This document shows, in pieces, positions 18,985 through 28,611 of a stretch of DNA of 64,000 bases. Within the stretch, counting starts at the first letter, position 1, and every line of letters begins with the position of its first letter. The notes under the pieces were generated by a model that was given only the letters and a program-made list of their open reading frames with translations, had not been told where the DNA came from and did no database searches. The DNA comes from Myxococcota bacterium (GTDB lineage Bacteria; Myxococcota_A; Bradymonadia; UBA4248), in assembly GCA_045643185.1 (NCBI GenBank), contig JAZUKH010000279.1, positions 3,301-67,300 of the forward strand. Reading direction: 5' to 3'. The translations under genes were made by a program, and so were the position numbers.

Positions 18985-19821
18985 ATGATGAAAGACAAAC
19001 AAACGCAACAAGCCGAACGCACCGCGAGACAACAGGCGATCAACGCAAAATTCGTTGACCCGTATTGGTCAAAAAACGTCGACATTCCACTCATGGAAAT
19101 GAGTATGATGATGCCGATATCGCAAACGCCCATCGTTTTGTTGCCCGAAATGCGCTACGTGTCGCTCATGCGCATGGTGCTTGAGATCTTTCCAAAAGTC
19201 GGCAAGATGATGATCGTCGACTCGGCCAACACACGCTTCGAGCAATTTCGAAACATTTTTACCGAAACTGGCCCAAGTCTCTATTATTCTGCCCAGAATT
19301 TGAACGCCCTCAACTACACGGACGATGTGTTCAACAACGTCATCAGTGAGATCAGTCTGCCCACGCTAGCTTCCTTTGAGACGATCTTGCCCGAATACAG
19401 CCGCGTTTTAAGAAAAGATGGCCGTATGGTCCTGGGAGTCCCACTCGTGGGAACGTTCCCAGCTTTTTTTGATATTCTGAACGAAAGTCTTCTTAAGCTA
19501 TCGCCCAGAGATGCCAAACCGCTCGAAATTCAAAAAAAAATGACTGTCGAACACGTCAAAAGTGTGCTCGAGCGCTCCAAATTGCATCTCGATGGTTGCG
19601 ACGTCACGACGTTTGAACTCAAATTCCAAACCATAGAACAACTCCTGTTCTCAACCTTCGTCGAAACGTGCTTTCTTAGCTACTGCATCACGTTTCCTTT
19701 GGAATACGCCGACACGCGTCAGCTCCTCATGCTCACTTTACGCGCTTTTCATCACTATTTTCAGGGTGAAGAGATCACGTTTCCCGTCAAAATGGGACTC
19801 TTTGCCGCAACCAAAAATTAA
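18985..19821 (+). CDS. Hypothetical protein (278 aa), possibly a degenerate methyltransferase-like fold
   Basis: ORF; weak RBS; motif VLRKDGRMVLGVP. Confidence 0.35.
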   Translation: MMKDKQTQQAERTARQQAINAKFVDPYWSKNVDIPLMEMSMMMPISQTPIVLLPEMRYVSLMRMVLEIFPKVGKMMIVDSANTRFEQFRNIFTETGPSLYYSAQNLNALNYTDDVFNNVISEISLPTLASFETILPEYSRVLRKDGRMVLGVPLVGTFPAFFDILNESLLKLSPRDAKPLEIQKKMTVEHVKSVLERSKLHLDGCDVTTFELKFQTIEQLLFSTFVETCFLSYCITFPLEYADTRQLLMLTLRAFHHYFQGEEITFPVKMGLFAATKN

Positions 19822-19863
19822 GTTGCGGCAGATCCACGTCTTTCAACCTGCAGAGACCCGATC

Positions 19864-21108
19864 ATGCAAAAACCCAATATCGTCAAATTACACATTGATG
19901 AGCGCACCGAATTCCGCATTCGCCGCGAAGCGCCATGGATCTTCAACAAATTCGCAGATTTTGGCAAAGAGACACCGAACAACGGCGACCTCGTCGCGAT
20001 TTACAACAAACGCAACTGCCTGATCGGCATGGGACTCTACGATGCGTACAGCCCGATCTCGGTAAGGATGTTGGCAAAAAACGCTAATTTTTCATGCGAA
20101 TATTTTGCCGATTGCCTGACCCAGGCATTGGAACGACGCGCCGACGCCGAGATCGCCACTCGCCAAACAACGGGACTGCGCCTGTTGAGCGGCGAAAGTG
20201 AGGGCCTGCCGGGACTCGTCCTGGATGCTTATGATCAGACCTGGGTCCTAAAAGTCTACACGGCTGTTTGGGTGCCGTACCTTCACGATCTGATCGACGT
20301 CATTCGATCACTTTGTTTCACTGACAAATTTCCGGTGCCCGGAGCCTATACCCATCAGCCGACGCGCCTGGTCCTGCGTTTTGGACACGACATTATCGAT
20401 CACTTCCAAAAGGCCGGCTTTGGCGAGTCGTCCGTCGTGATCGGCAATGACCAGCAACCTTACGCAGATTTTCTCGAGAATGGTGCCACGTTCCGCGCCC
20501 AAGTCTTTCATGGTCAAAAAACGGGATTCTTTCTTGACCACCGCAATCACCGCACGTTGATACGCAGTCTTTCAGCTGGCAAAAAAGTTCTCGATCTTTG
20601 TTGCTACACAGGCGGATTTTCGATCAACGCTGCCCTTGGCGGTGCCACAGGCGTTTGGAGCCTTGACATGGATCGCCGCGCCCTCGAACTCGTTCAACAG
20701 CATTACGAATTGAATGCCAACAACGCAGGCATTGCGAATTGCGAACACGTGCCAGTGCGTGCAAATATGTTTGAATGGCTCGACCGGGCTCGCCAACGCA
20801 CGACGCGCTTCGACCTGATCGTCGCCGATCCACCCAGTTTTGCCTCTTCTCAGGCGCAGATACCCAATGCCGAAAAATCCTACATTCGGCTGTTCTCACA
20901 GGCGGCTCAGCTGCTATCACCACATGGTCAGCTCCTCTGCTGCTCCTGCTCCTCGCACATCGGCGCCGAAAAGTTTGCAGACATCGTCGAAAAGGCACTC
21001 AAACACAGAACGATCAGTGCCATCGACTACACAGGGCTACCCGCCGACCACATCGCAAATTTCCCAGAAGCACGTTATCTCAAAGCCTGGCTAGTCACTG
21101 TCAAATAA
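19864..21108 (+). CDS. Class I SAM-dependent rRNA methyltransferase, RlmI/RlmK-like (PUA-like N-terminus plus MTase)
   Basis: VLDLCCYTGGFSINAALGGA (SAM-binding motif I), DLIVADPPSF (motif IV), and N-terminal beta-rich PUA/EEHEE-like region. Confidence 0.7.
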   Translation: MQKPNIVKLHIDERTEFRIRREAPWIFNKFADFGKETPNNGDLVAIYNKRNCLIGMGLYDAYSPISVRMLAKNANFSCEYFADCLTQALERRADAEIATRQTTGLRLLSGESEGLPGLVLDAYDQTWVLKVYTAVWVPYLHDLIDVIRSLCFTDKFPVPGAYTHQPTRLVLRFGHDIIDHFQKAGFGESSVVIGNDQQPYADFLENGATFRAQVFHGQKTGFFLDHRNHRTLIRSLSAGKKVLDLCCYTGGFSINAALGGATGVWSLDMDRRALELVQQHYELNANNAGIANCEHVPVRANMFEWLDRARQRTTRFDLIVADPPSFASSQAQIPNAEKSYIRLFSQAAQLLSPHGQLLCCSCSSHIGAEKFADIVEKALKHRTISAIDYTGLPADHIANFPEARYLKAWLVTVK

Positions 21109-21244
21109 ACCGCCGCTTGGCAGAACGCGATTTGTCCGCTATAACGTCATTTTTGACCACGGCACTTTGAAAGCATTGATTTTCTAGCCCAAAAGGGCGA
21201 AACTTGCCGATACCATATCCACTCATTTCACACATATATTCATC

Positions 21245-21709
21245 ATGAAACCATCGCTCGAAGGCGTAAAAATTATCGCCAAAAATAAAAAAGCCTACTT
21301 CGATTACATCATCGAAGACAAATTTGAGGCTGGTATTTCGCTCGTCGGCAGCGAAGTAAAGAGCATTCGCGCCGGTCATATCTCGCTCGGGGATGCGTTC
21401 GCCAAGTTTTCAGACGACCGAAATCCAGAACTCTACATGATCAACGCGCATATTGCAGAATACGCCTGGGCAAATCGAAATAACCACGACCCGCTCAGAC
21501 CACGAAAACTGCTCATGCACAAACGTGAACTTGCAAAAATTTCGCAAGCGCTCGAACGACAAGGACTTACGCTCATTCCCCTCGCCGTCTATCTCAAAAA
21601 CGGACGCATCAAAATTGAGCTCGGCCTGGGCAAAGGCAAGAAAAACTACGACAAGCGCGAATCGCTAAAACAAAAAACCGCGCAAAGGGACATGGAACGT
21701 GGAGATTAA
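21245..21709 (+). CDS. smpB: SsrA-binding protein
   Basis: IAKNKKAYFDYIIEDKFEAGISLVGSEVKS…ELYMINAHIAEY…PLRPRKLLMHKRE, the canonical SmpB sequence. Confidence 0.9.
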   Translation: MKPSLEGVKIIAKNKKAYFDYIIEDKFEAGISLVGSEVKSIRAGHISLGDAFAKFSDDRNPELYMINAHIAEYAWANRNNHDPLRPRKLLMHKRELAKISQALERQGLTLIPLAVYLKNGRIKIELGLGKGKKNYDKRESLKQKTAQRDMERGD

Positions 21710-21758
21710 ACTTTCCAGAACAGAAGTACAGACCATCTCTGTACAGACCAGAAAACGT

Positions 21759-21980
21759 ATGTTGGGACGCGTACGCTGGTACGATACTGCCCTGTGCTAC
21801 GGTTTTTTGCGTTCAGATGACGGTTCAGGCGAAGACATCTTCTTCCACAAAAGTGGCATTCAAGTGCCACACATTCGCACGCTCCGACCGGGGCAACGCG
21901 TCCTCTTTGACTATTGCGCCACGCCAAGAGGAAAATTTGGTATGAACATCATTCCGATCCTCGAAGACGAGCAAAAATAG
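21759..21980 (+). CDS. Cold-shock domain protein
   Basis: MLGRVRWYDTALCYGFLRSDDGSGEDIFFHKSGIQ…GQRVLFDY matches CspA-family RNP1/RNP2 spacing. The ORF track starts at 21699, overlapping smpB; the internal ATG at 21759 gives the canonical 73-aa CSD. Confidence 0.6.
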   Translation: MLGRVRWYDTALCYGFLRSDDGSGEDIFFHKSGIQVPHIRTLRPGQRVLFDYCATPRGKFGMNIIPILEDEQK

Positions 21981-21998
21981 TCTGACCAACCTCTTTTC

Positions 21999-23492
21999 AT
22001 GTTCACAACCAATCTTTTGTTGACCTTGCTCTTTTTGGCAGTCACGCTCGGTGTGTTTTATGTCGTGCCTGCCTCCAGAAGGTGGATGGTTCTGCTTACG
22101 GCAAGCGTGATTTTTTACGCATCAGCACATCCATACCTGCTTTGGCTCGTCGTCGCAACCGTCACATGGACCTGGTTTGTCGGCCTCAAACTCACAGCCG
22201 CTTCACAAGGCGCTTCGCGCAAATCCTGGCTCGTCGCAGGCATCCTGCCCATCGTACTCGTGCTTGGCGTCTTCAAATACTTCAACTTTTTTAGCACTTC
22301 CATCGCCGAACTGCTCAACCAATTTGGACTTGCCGCCGACCCGCTCACGCTCCAGCTCGTGCTGCCACTCGGCCTCTCATACTACTCGTTCAAGCTCATC
22401 AGCTACCTCGTCGATCTCTACCGCACAAAACGTGAAGCAGAATGCCATCTGGGCTATTTTGCAACCTACACACTCTATTTTCCACAGATCCTGTGTGGTC
22501 CCATTGAGCGTTCCACCACGTTTCTTTCTCAACTTCACGCTGGACCAGTTTTTGACCAGACACGTTTCGCCATAGGCATTCAACGCATCATCCTCGGTCT
22601 GTTCAAAAAAGTCGTCATCGCAAACAGCCTAATTTTGTATGTCGACAAAGTCTTTGCTGCACCTCAACAATTTCCAGGGCTCGCCCTTTGGACTGCTGCT
22701 TTTTTGTATTCCGTACGAATTTATTGTGATTTCTCTGGCTATTCAGACATCGCCGTCGGCATGAGTCAGATGTTCGGCCTTGATTGTCCCAATAACTTCA
22801 ATTGCCCGTATTTGGCTCGCAATAACCGCGACTTCTGGAACCGCTGGCATATTTCTCTTTCGACCTGGCTGCGTGACTACATTTATATTCCGTTGGGCGG
22901 CAACCGCGTAGGCGCCTGGCGACACCGTCTGAACATTCTCATCACATTTTTTGTGAGCGGTCTTTGGCACGGTGCCAACTGGACTTTCGTGTGTTGGGGA
23001 CTCATTCATGGCGTCTGGAACATGCTGACGCCCAAAACCAAACGAGCCACAACAAACACGCCAGCTTCCAATCAGACAACACAACCAGCTACCACCACAC
23101 GCCGTTTTACGTCCACCCTGGTTTTGATCTGTCAGACTTTGTTAACCTTTGCTGGTGTGACGGCTGCCTGGATCTTCTTTCGATCACCCAGTTTAGGTGC
23201 CGCATGCGACTATTTTGCCCGTATGTTCACGGCTTTTTCGCTCACACCACAGGCATTGGCACTCGCCATTTTGCCCTTTACCGGCGATAACACATGTCTC
23301 ATACATTTTTTGGCGTCGATGGGCTTCATTCTTTTCCTCTTCATCTATGAATGTCGACAAACTTATGCGCGTCATTCAATACAGAACGATGACAAGCCGG
23401 TGCTGTCCATGCCTGTTTTTACCATGATGCTTGTGGCCATCCTCATGTTTGGTGCCTTCGGTCAATCCAGTTTTATGTATGCCAACTACTAA
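21999..23492 (+). CDS. MBOAT-family membrane O-acyltransferase (AlgI/DltB/PatA-like)
   Basis: Polytopic; CDFSGYSDIAVG, FWNRWHISLSTWLRDYIYIPLGG, and the catalytic His in GLWHGANW. Confidence 0.8.
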   Translation: MFTTNLLLTLLFLAVTLGVFYVVPASRRWMVLLTASVIFYASAHPYLLWLVVATVTWTWFVGLKLTAASQGASRKSWLVAGILPIVLVLGVFKYFNFFSTSIAELLNQFGLAADPLTLQLVLPLGLSYYSFKLISYLVDLYRTKREAECHLGYFATYTLYFPQILCGPIERSTTFLSQLHAGPVFDQTRFAIGIQRIILGLFKKVVIANSLILYVDKVFAAPQQFPGLALWTAAFLYSVRIYCDFSGYSDIAVGMSQMFGLDCPNNFNCPYLARNNRDFWNRWHISLSTWLRDYIYIPLGGNRVGAWRHRLNILITFFVSGLWHGANWTFVCWGLIHGVWNMLTPKTKRATTNTPASNQTTQPATTTRRFTSTLVLICQTLLTFAGVTAAWIFFRSPSLGAACDYFARMFTAFSLTPQALALAILPFTGDNTCLIHFLASMGFILFLFIYECRQTYARHSIQNDDKPVLSMPVFTMMLVAILMFGAFGQSSFMYANY

Positions 23493-23501
23493 CGCCCTGC
23501 C

Positions 23502-24452
23502 ATGAATCTCCTTAAACGATATCTCATCCTCATCGCAGTCGCCTTCGTTCTCGTCGTTCTGCTTAGCCTGGTCAAAAACGAGTTTGCTCGACATTTACCC
23601 GGCTACGACACCGGACTGCCTGCCGTTGAAAGGGAATCGGCATCCAACCAGCTAGATGCTCTATTCATGGGATCCTCGACATTCAAACGCGGTCTGGACA
23701 TGACGCAATTCGACCAGGCCGGACGAAACGGGGCGTTTTTAGTGGCCTACAATGGCAATCAACCCTTCACGATGCAGATGGCCTTGTCCGAATTGTGGTC
23801 ACATGGTGTGCGTCCCAAACGCCTGTACGTGGATTTTTACCCCTACCTTGTGGCCGCCAACCCCAAACTGAGTGACGCGCGTCTTCTGGTTGAGACCGAC
23901 ACAGCCTTCAAATGGTCTTTATGGCGACGCCTGTGCGAAGCGGATGCCTGTGACGCCACGACGTTTCACGAAACATTCGTCACCTCAAACAACGTACTGA
24001 TCCTGTTTTGGCCGCTCTACCGTTGGATGAATCGAGAAAAAACGTATCGAGGCGCATCACGGGTTCCCATGCCAGGTTCGACGACTGACCAGTTGAATAC
24101 CAAACCGCTTTTTGGACAGCGCGACGGGCTTCAAAGCATTCAGTTGACAGCCCTGCAACGCCTGACCGAAGAGGCCAAATCGCTGGGCATCGAGGTTTAC
24201 TTCGTCGAAACACCCAAATACACGCGCCTCCAAAACGACCATACCTATCAGACCTATTTGCAAGCCATGATCGATGCAGCATTGACCTATTTGCCGCGCG
24301 AAAATTTGATCTTGGCGAGCGACCTGACATTTGACCAAAGCGAACCGACGTATTTTAATGATCTGGTACACCTTTCTACAACCGGCGCAAAAGCCTTCAC
24401 AACAGAGCTGATTCGTGCAATCGAACGTGTCGATAAAAAATCAAAAAAATAG
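23502..24452 (+). CDS. MBOAT partner protein (DltD/AlgJ/AlgX-like SGNH-type, N-terminally anchored)
   Basis: Single N-terminal TM (LILIAVAFVLVVLLSL). The C-terminal DLVHLSTTG (DxxH) is typical of SGNH-like acyltransfer partners. Encoded immediately 3' of the MBOAT gene. Confidence 0.5.
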   Translation: MNLLKRYLILIAVAFVLVVLLSLVKNEFARHLPGYDTGLPAVERESASNQLDALFMGSSTFKRGLDMTQFDQAGRNGAFLVAYNGNQPFTMQMALSELWSHGVRPKRLYVDFYPYLVAANPKLSDARLLVETDTAFKWSLWRRLCEADACDATTFHETFVTSNNVLILFWPLYRWMNREKTYRGASRVPMPGSTTDQLNTKPLFGQRDGLQSIQLTALQRLTEEAKSLGIEVYFVETPKYTRLQNDHTYQTYLQAMIDAALTYLPRENLILASDLTFDQSEPTYFNDLVHLSTTGAKAFTTELIRAIERVDKKSKK

Positions 24453-24602
24453 CTTGCAAGCCTGTGGATAACTCGTTAAAAGTGGCGCGCTTTTGCGCAT
24501 GGTGTGCAAATGCGATTGATTTTAATCCGGCAGGAAAAGGCCGGGTGGGATGGCGGCAACAGGCAATGGTGCCTTGATGTTACGGTCCCTGGAGGAAAAA
24601 CG

Positions 24603-25277
24603 ATGAAAGCAATTCTTGGTCGCAAAATTGGTATGACACAGATCTTCACGGCGGATGGCGAAAGCGTTCCTGTGACGGTCGTTAAATGTGGTCCCTGCAA
24701 AGTTATCCGCAAAAAAACTGTGGATGGCAAAGACGGCTATGCTGCACTCGTCGTGGGCTTTGAAGAAGCCCGTAGTGCTGAAGTAAACGGCGAAACCGTT
24801 TACAAAATGAACAAAGCTGAACTCGGCGTTTTCACGAAAGCCGGTGTTGAGCCCATGAAATCCGTTCACGAAATCCGCCTCGACAGCGCTGAAATCGACA
24901 AATACGAAGTCGGTCAGGAACTCCGCGCTGATCTCTTCGTCGCCAACGAATATGTTGACGTCATGGGAACGAGCAAAGGCTCCGGTTTCACGGGTGTCAT
25001 GAAACGTCACAACTTCGCTGGTGCCAAACGTTCACACGGTGCCCACGAATATATGCGTCACGGCGGCTCAATCGGTACGACCTCTACGCCAGGTCGTGTT
25101 CTCAAAAACCGCAAAATGGCTGGTCAGGATGGCAACGCTCGCGTCACCGTCCAGAACCTCAAAGTCTTCAGCGTTGACGCTGATCAGAACCTCATCCTCG
25201 TCCGTGGTTCCATCCCTGGTGCTAACGGCTCCGTCGTTACGGTTCAGAAATCCGTCAAAAAAGGCATGAGCTGCTAA
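24603..25277 (+). CDS. rplC: 50S ribosomal protein L3
   Basis: MKAILGRKIGMTQIF…VTVVK…GKGFTGVMKRHNF(A)G…SHG is canonical L3. RBS ggagg at 24591. Not flanked by other S10-operon genes. Confidence 0.85.
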   Translation: MKAILGRKIGMTQIFTADGESVPVTVVKCGPCKVIRKKTVDGKDGYAALVVGFEEARSAEVNGETVYKMNKAELGVFTKAGVEPMKSVHEIRLDSAEIDKYEVGQELRADLFVANEYVDVMGTSKGSGFTGVMKRHNFAGAKRSHGAHEYMRHGGSIGTTSTPGRVLKNRKMAGQDGNARVTVQNLKVFSVDADQNLILVRGSIPGANGSVVTVQKSVKKGMSC

Positions 25278-25303
25278 TCGCTCTCTGCTGGAAAGCACTT
25301 AAA

Positions 25304-25328
25304 GCCCGCGTTCATCGCGGGCTTTTTT
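25304..25328 (+). terminator. Rho-independent terminator after rplC
   Basis: gcccgcgttcatcgcgggc followed by tttttt. Confidence 0.65.
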
Positions 25329-25364
25329 CGTTTTTCTCGCTACAGTTCAACCGGTTGTTGATTG

Positions 25365-25422
25365 TCTGGTCAGAAATTCAAAATCTCAGCCGTAGCGAAG
25401 CCGAAGGCAAGCAGGCTGAGAT
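25365..25422. repeat. Hairpin repeat family B (tctgRtcagaaattMaaaATCTCAGCCgtagcgaagccgaaRgcaagcaGGCTGAGAT)
   Basis: Second copy at 30949..31006 with about 95% identity. 9-bp stem ATCTCAGCC/GGCTGAGAT. Confidence 0.75.
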
Positions 25423-25456
25423 GTAACCTTTTCTCGCATGAAATACCTTTGCACCG

Positions 25457-25486
25457 TTGCACACCACGTCACGTTAAGCGTATAAT
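25457..25486 (+). promoter_or_regulatory. Sigma-70-like promoter (-35 TTGCAC, 18-nt spacer, -10 TATAAT) for the 25532 gene
   Basis: TTGCACaccacgtcacgttaagcgTATAAT, about 45 nt upstream of the TTG start. Confidence 0.45.
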
Positions 25487-25531
25487 GTCGCGTCACTTTT
25501 GGCATGAGCGTTTTAATATAGGGATCTTCCA

Positions 25532-28525
25532 TTGAAATATCAGGTATCGGAGAAAGCGCCCCGCGCGTGGCTTCAATTTGAGGCGATTTGGATAGCGGTC
25601 ATTCTGCTTTTATGTTTAGCAGGCCTGGCAGTCAGCTACATCGTGCCCAAAATTAACTTCGACACAGCTGTTGTCGGCACCAATGTCGTCGTCAAACGCG
25701 CGCCTGAAGACGAAGTCATACACCAAGGCGACATCATCGAAGCCATTGACGGTCAAACGATCTCGACCCGTGCTGAACTCTACTACCAACTGGCGCGCCA
25801 TCCCGAACAAGTCGAAGCGACCATCAAACGCAACGGCGCACGTTTCGTCCGTCCCGTCACGGCTGCATCCCTTGCCAATGACACGCTCCCTGTCGGTCTC
25901 ACCCCCGAAGATCGTCCCATTGCCATTAGTTTCGGCGGCGACTACTCTACACTTGAAGGCTATGAGATCAGTCAGCTTCATAACCTGCTCATCGAAAACC
26001 GGGCGGAAAATGCTTCCGTCGTCTTTAGGCGCCCCACCGAACAGACCAATGTCCTGCTTAACTTTAAGCCCGCAATCGGACGAACACTGATCCTTTCGGC
26101 AACGTTGCTCCTCATCATCGTCATGGGCTTTGTCGCACTCAGAATGCGACAAAACGTCATGAAAGGCGTCTATATCAATACGGTGCTTGGTTTGACCGTA
26201 TTGGCTGCCATGTGGACGATTTTGGGCGCAACCTTGCTTTGTATGCCCATTCTCTTCCTATTTGGCATGATCGCCATGGGAATGCTCAAGTCCTTTGACC
26301 TGAATTACCACATCTGGGATACAAACAAGCTTCAAAAACCCAATCTTTGCCTCAGAACGGTTCTGTATCTGATTCCCGCTGTTTGTCTGTTGGCACCGAT
26401 CGTCATGTGTTTGAAAGAACTCCCCATGATATGGGGTGGTTCGAACGATGCCCTGAGCGAGATCAGACTCGATGCGCTCTCCATTATTCCGGTTTTATTG
26501 GTCATTGGCATGACCATGATCGATGCCGGTCGCAGCGCCTATCGCGCTTACAGCGGGCGCCGTTTACAGCCCCGTGACTTTGCACTGTTTATCGCATTTG
26601 TCCTCGCACTCACTAGTTTAGTCATTATGTGGAGTGACTTTGCGACGGCACGTATTATTCTGGTCGCGACGCTGATCGCACAGGCCACGGGTGACGCTAT
26701 GGAATGCTTTACCAAGCGTGCACTCCAAAAAGATGTCTCTTACGATGACGATATTTTCGCGGCGGATCCCATTCGTGAAGCGCTCGAAGAAGCTGAAACG
26801 ATCTTGAATCACGCGTGGGTCGTACAAGCCATCATTGATCGCCCAGAACCTCGTCACGTCGTGGCCATCGCCGCGTCGGATGACACAGACGAGGACGTCA
26901 ACGGACTCGCCTTACACGTGCTGTCAAATACGTGGCGCGATTTTCTCGATATTTACCGCGTCGAAGGCATGATCGAAGGGGGGGATTCTCCCGCCTGCGA
27001 CATCGCGAATCGACTCGGTATCGTCTTCGCCCAACCCATTGCAGAAAAAGTCGGCGGTTCGCTGACCAGCATCACGCTCTTGGTCAGCACAAGAGAAATG
27101 CCCGACGCCAACGCGCCACAAAACGCATCGCCCAGCGTTTCACAGCGCGCTGCTCTGTCAAAAATTGCTGAAAAACTCGCTGAAAACGCACTCGCACTCG
27201 TCTATCACTCCACCGAGATGAGCCTTGAATACATCGGCGATGACCTTGACGAAATCGCAAATCGCATTCACAACACGGCTTCTTTCCCGCGTGCTTTGCA
27301 CAATCCAACGATCCCACTCCTCGCTACGGAGATCCCACACGGCCTGCTCGAAGAAGATGACGTCCAACAAGCTGACGATGATGTCGTCGAGATACAAGAT
27401 CCAGAACAAAATATAGACGACTACAGCACTAAAGTCTTTCAGGAAGAAGTCAACCTGCTGCGCAGTCAGGTCCACACTTTGTGTAGTCAACAGATCCGTG
27501 CCTTTGCCCTCGCGGAGATCGAGTTCACCGAAGATCAAAAAGCAGCCCTTGAAGACCTCAGATCCCTCGAAACCCCAATCGTGTTGATCGGTGAAAGAGG
27601 CGTCGGCAAAACAATTTTGACGCTTTCGGCCCATCAGGAACGATGCGAAGGACCGTTCTTGCAGATCGACGCAGGTGAGATTCCTGAAACGATCCTGGCG
27701 CTCGACATGTTTGGCGATTCTGAACATCCCGGCCTGATCAAAAGCGCTGTCGGCGGCTCGTTGCTCATCAAAAACGTCGACAAACTCTCAACACCGATCA
27801 TCAGTGACATCATGGAAGCCATCGACGCGGTTGCCGCTGAAGGCACCATCGATCTTTACATGACGATCGCAATTCGGGATGACGAAGTGATCACCTCCAA
27901 GTTTGACCGCCACCCCAACCTATTGCCAGAACGCTGTCGTGAAATCATCGATCACTGCGACGCAGAAACCGTGTTCCTCAAACCACTTCGTGAACAGGAA
28001 GACATCCTGGATGCGGCGATGTTCTTCATGCAGCGCCAGTCCATGCGAAGCGACAAGAACATCATGAGCATCGAAACGAATGCCCAGGCTGCTTTAAGCA
28101 CCTATCGTTGGCCGGGCAACTTCTCGGAACTTCGTTCAGTGATCGAACGCGCCGTCATGCGTGCAGAAGGCGACGCCTTGACTGTTCACGACCTCGGCGC
28201 CGATTTTGCCTCGCTCATCAACGCCGACACCAAAAATACCTCGCTCGACCAAATCTATTACGAACAGATCGAGCAATTACAAACATTAAATGAAAAACAA
28301 CTTGCACAGATCGATCGACTGAATGAGCGCATCAAAACGCTCGAATCCTCGCAGGATACCCCCCAAGATGACTTCACAGTCGGCACGTTCGACGAGATCG
28401 AAAAAGCTATGCTCGTGCGTATCCTTAACCGATACCACAATGATCCCGAAGTCGCCGTCGAAGCCCTCGCTACGAACAAAACCAAATTCTTTAATAAATT
28501 AAGAAAATACGGCCTTTATTCTTAG
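25532..28525 (+). CDS. Membrane-anchored regulator: N-terminal TM, PDZ domain, polytopic TM region, degenerate sigma-54-interaction (AAA+) domain, C-terminal Fis-type HTH
   Basis: TTG start with RBS aggga. IWIAVILLLCLAGLAV (TM). PDZ-like DEVIHQGDIIEAIDGQTISTRAELYYQLA. About 6 TM helices at residues 190-380. PIVLIGERGVGKT (Walker A, GESGTGK-like). LLIKNVDKL (Walker B-like). No GAFTGA. WPGNFSELRSVIERAV (WPGNxREL). C-terminal LVRILNRYHNDPEVAVEALATNKTKFFNKLRKYGL (HTH). Confidence 0.65.
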   Translation: MKYQVSEKAPRAWLQFEAIWIAVILLLCLAGLAVSYIVPKINFDTAVVGTNVVVKRAPEDEVIHQGDIIEAIDGQTISTRAELYYQLARHPEQVEATIKRNGARFVRPVTAASLANDTLPVGLTPEDRPIAISFGGDYSTLEGYEISQLHNLLIENRAENASVVFRRPTEQTNVLLNFKPAIGRTLILSATLLLIIVMGFVALRMRQNVMKGVYINTVLGLTVLAAMWTILGATLLCMPILFLFGMIAMGMLKSFDLNYHIWDTNKLQKPNLCLRTVLYLIPAVCLLAPIVMCLKELPMIWGGSNDALSEIRLDALSIIPVLLVIGMTMIDAGRSAYRAYSGRRLQPRDFALFIAFVLALTSLVIMWSDFATARIILVATLIAQATGDAMECFTKRALQKDVSYDDDIFAADPIREALEEAETILNHAWVVQAIIDRPEPRHVVAIAASDDTDEDVNGLALHVLSNTWRDFLDIYRVEGMIEGGDSPACDIANRLGIVFAQPIAEKVGGSLTSITLLVSTREMPDANAPQNASPSVSQRAALSKIAEKLAENALALVYHSTEMSLEYIGDDLDEIANRIHNTASFPRALHNPTIPLLATEIPHGLLEEDDVQQADDDVVEIQDPEQNIDDYSTKVFQEEVNLLRSQVHTLCSQQIRAFALAEIEFTEDQKAALEDLRSLETPIVLIGERGVGKTILTLSAHQERCEGPFLQIDAGEIPETILALDMFGDSEHPGLIKSAVGGSLLIKNVDKLSTPIISDIMEAIDAVAAEGTIDLYMTIAIRDDEVITSKFDRHPNLLPERCREIIDHCDAETVFLKPLREQEDILDAAMFFMQRQSMRSDKNIMSIETNAQAALSTYRWPGNFSELRSVIERAVMRAEGDALTVHDLGADFASLINADTKNTSLDQIYYEQIEQLQTLNEKQLAQIDRLNERIKTLESSQDTPQDDFTVGTFDEIEKAMLVRILNRYHNDPEVAVEALATNKTKFFNKLRKYGLYS

Positions 28526-28611
28526 CCAATAATCGCTGTATGATGTGACCATGTGTGCGTATATACGCACATTTAACCGGCCCATGCCGATATTCATAAA
28601 GGAGTCATTCC

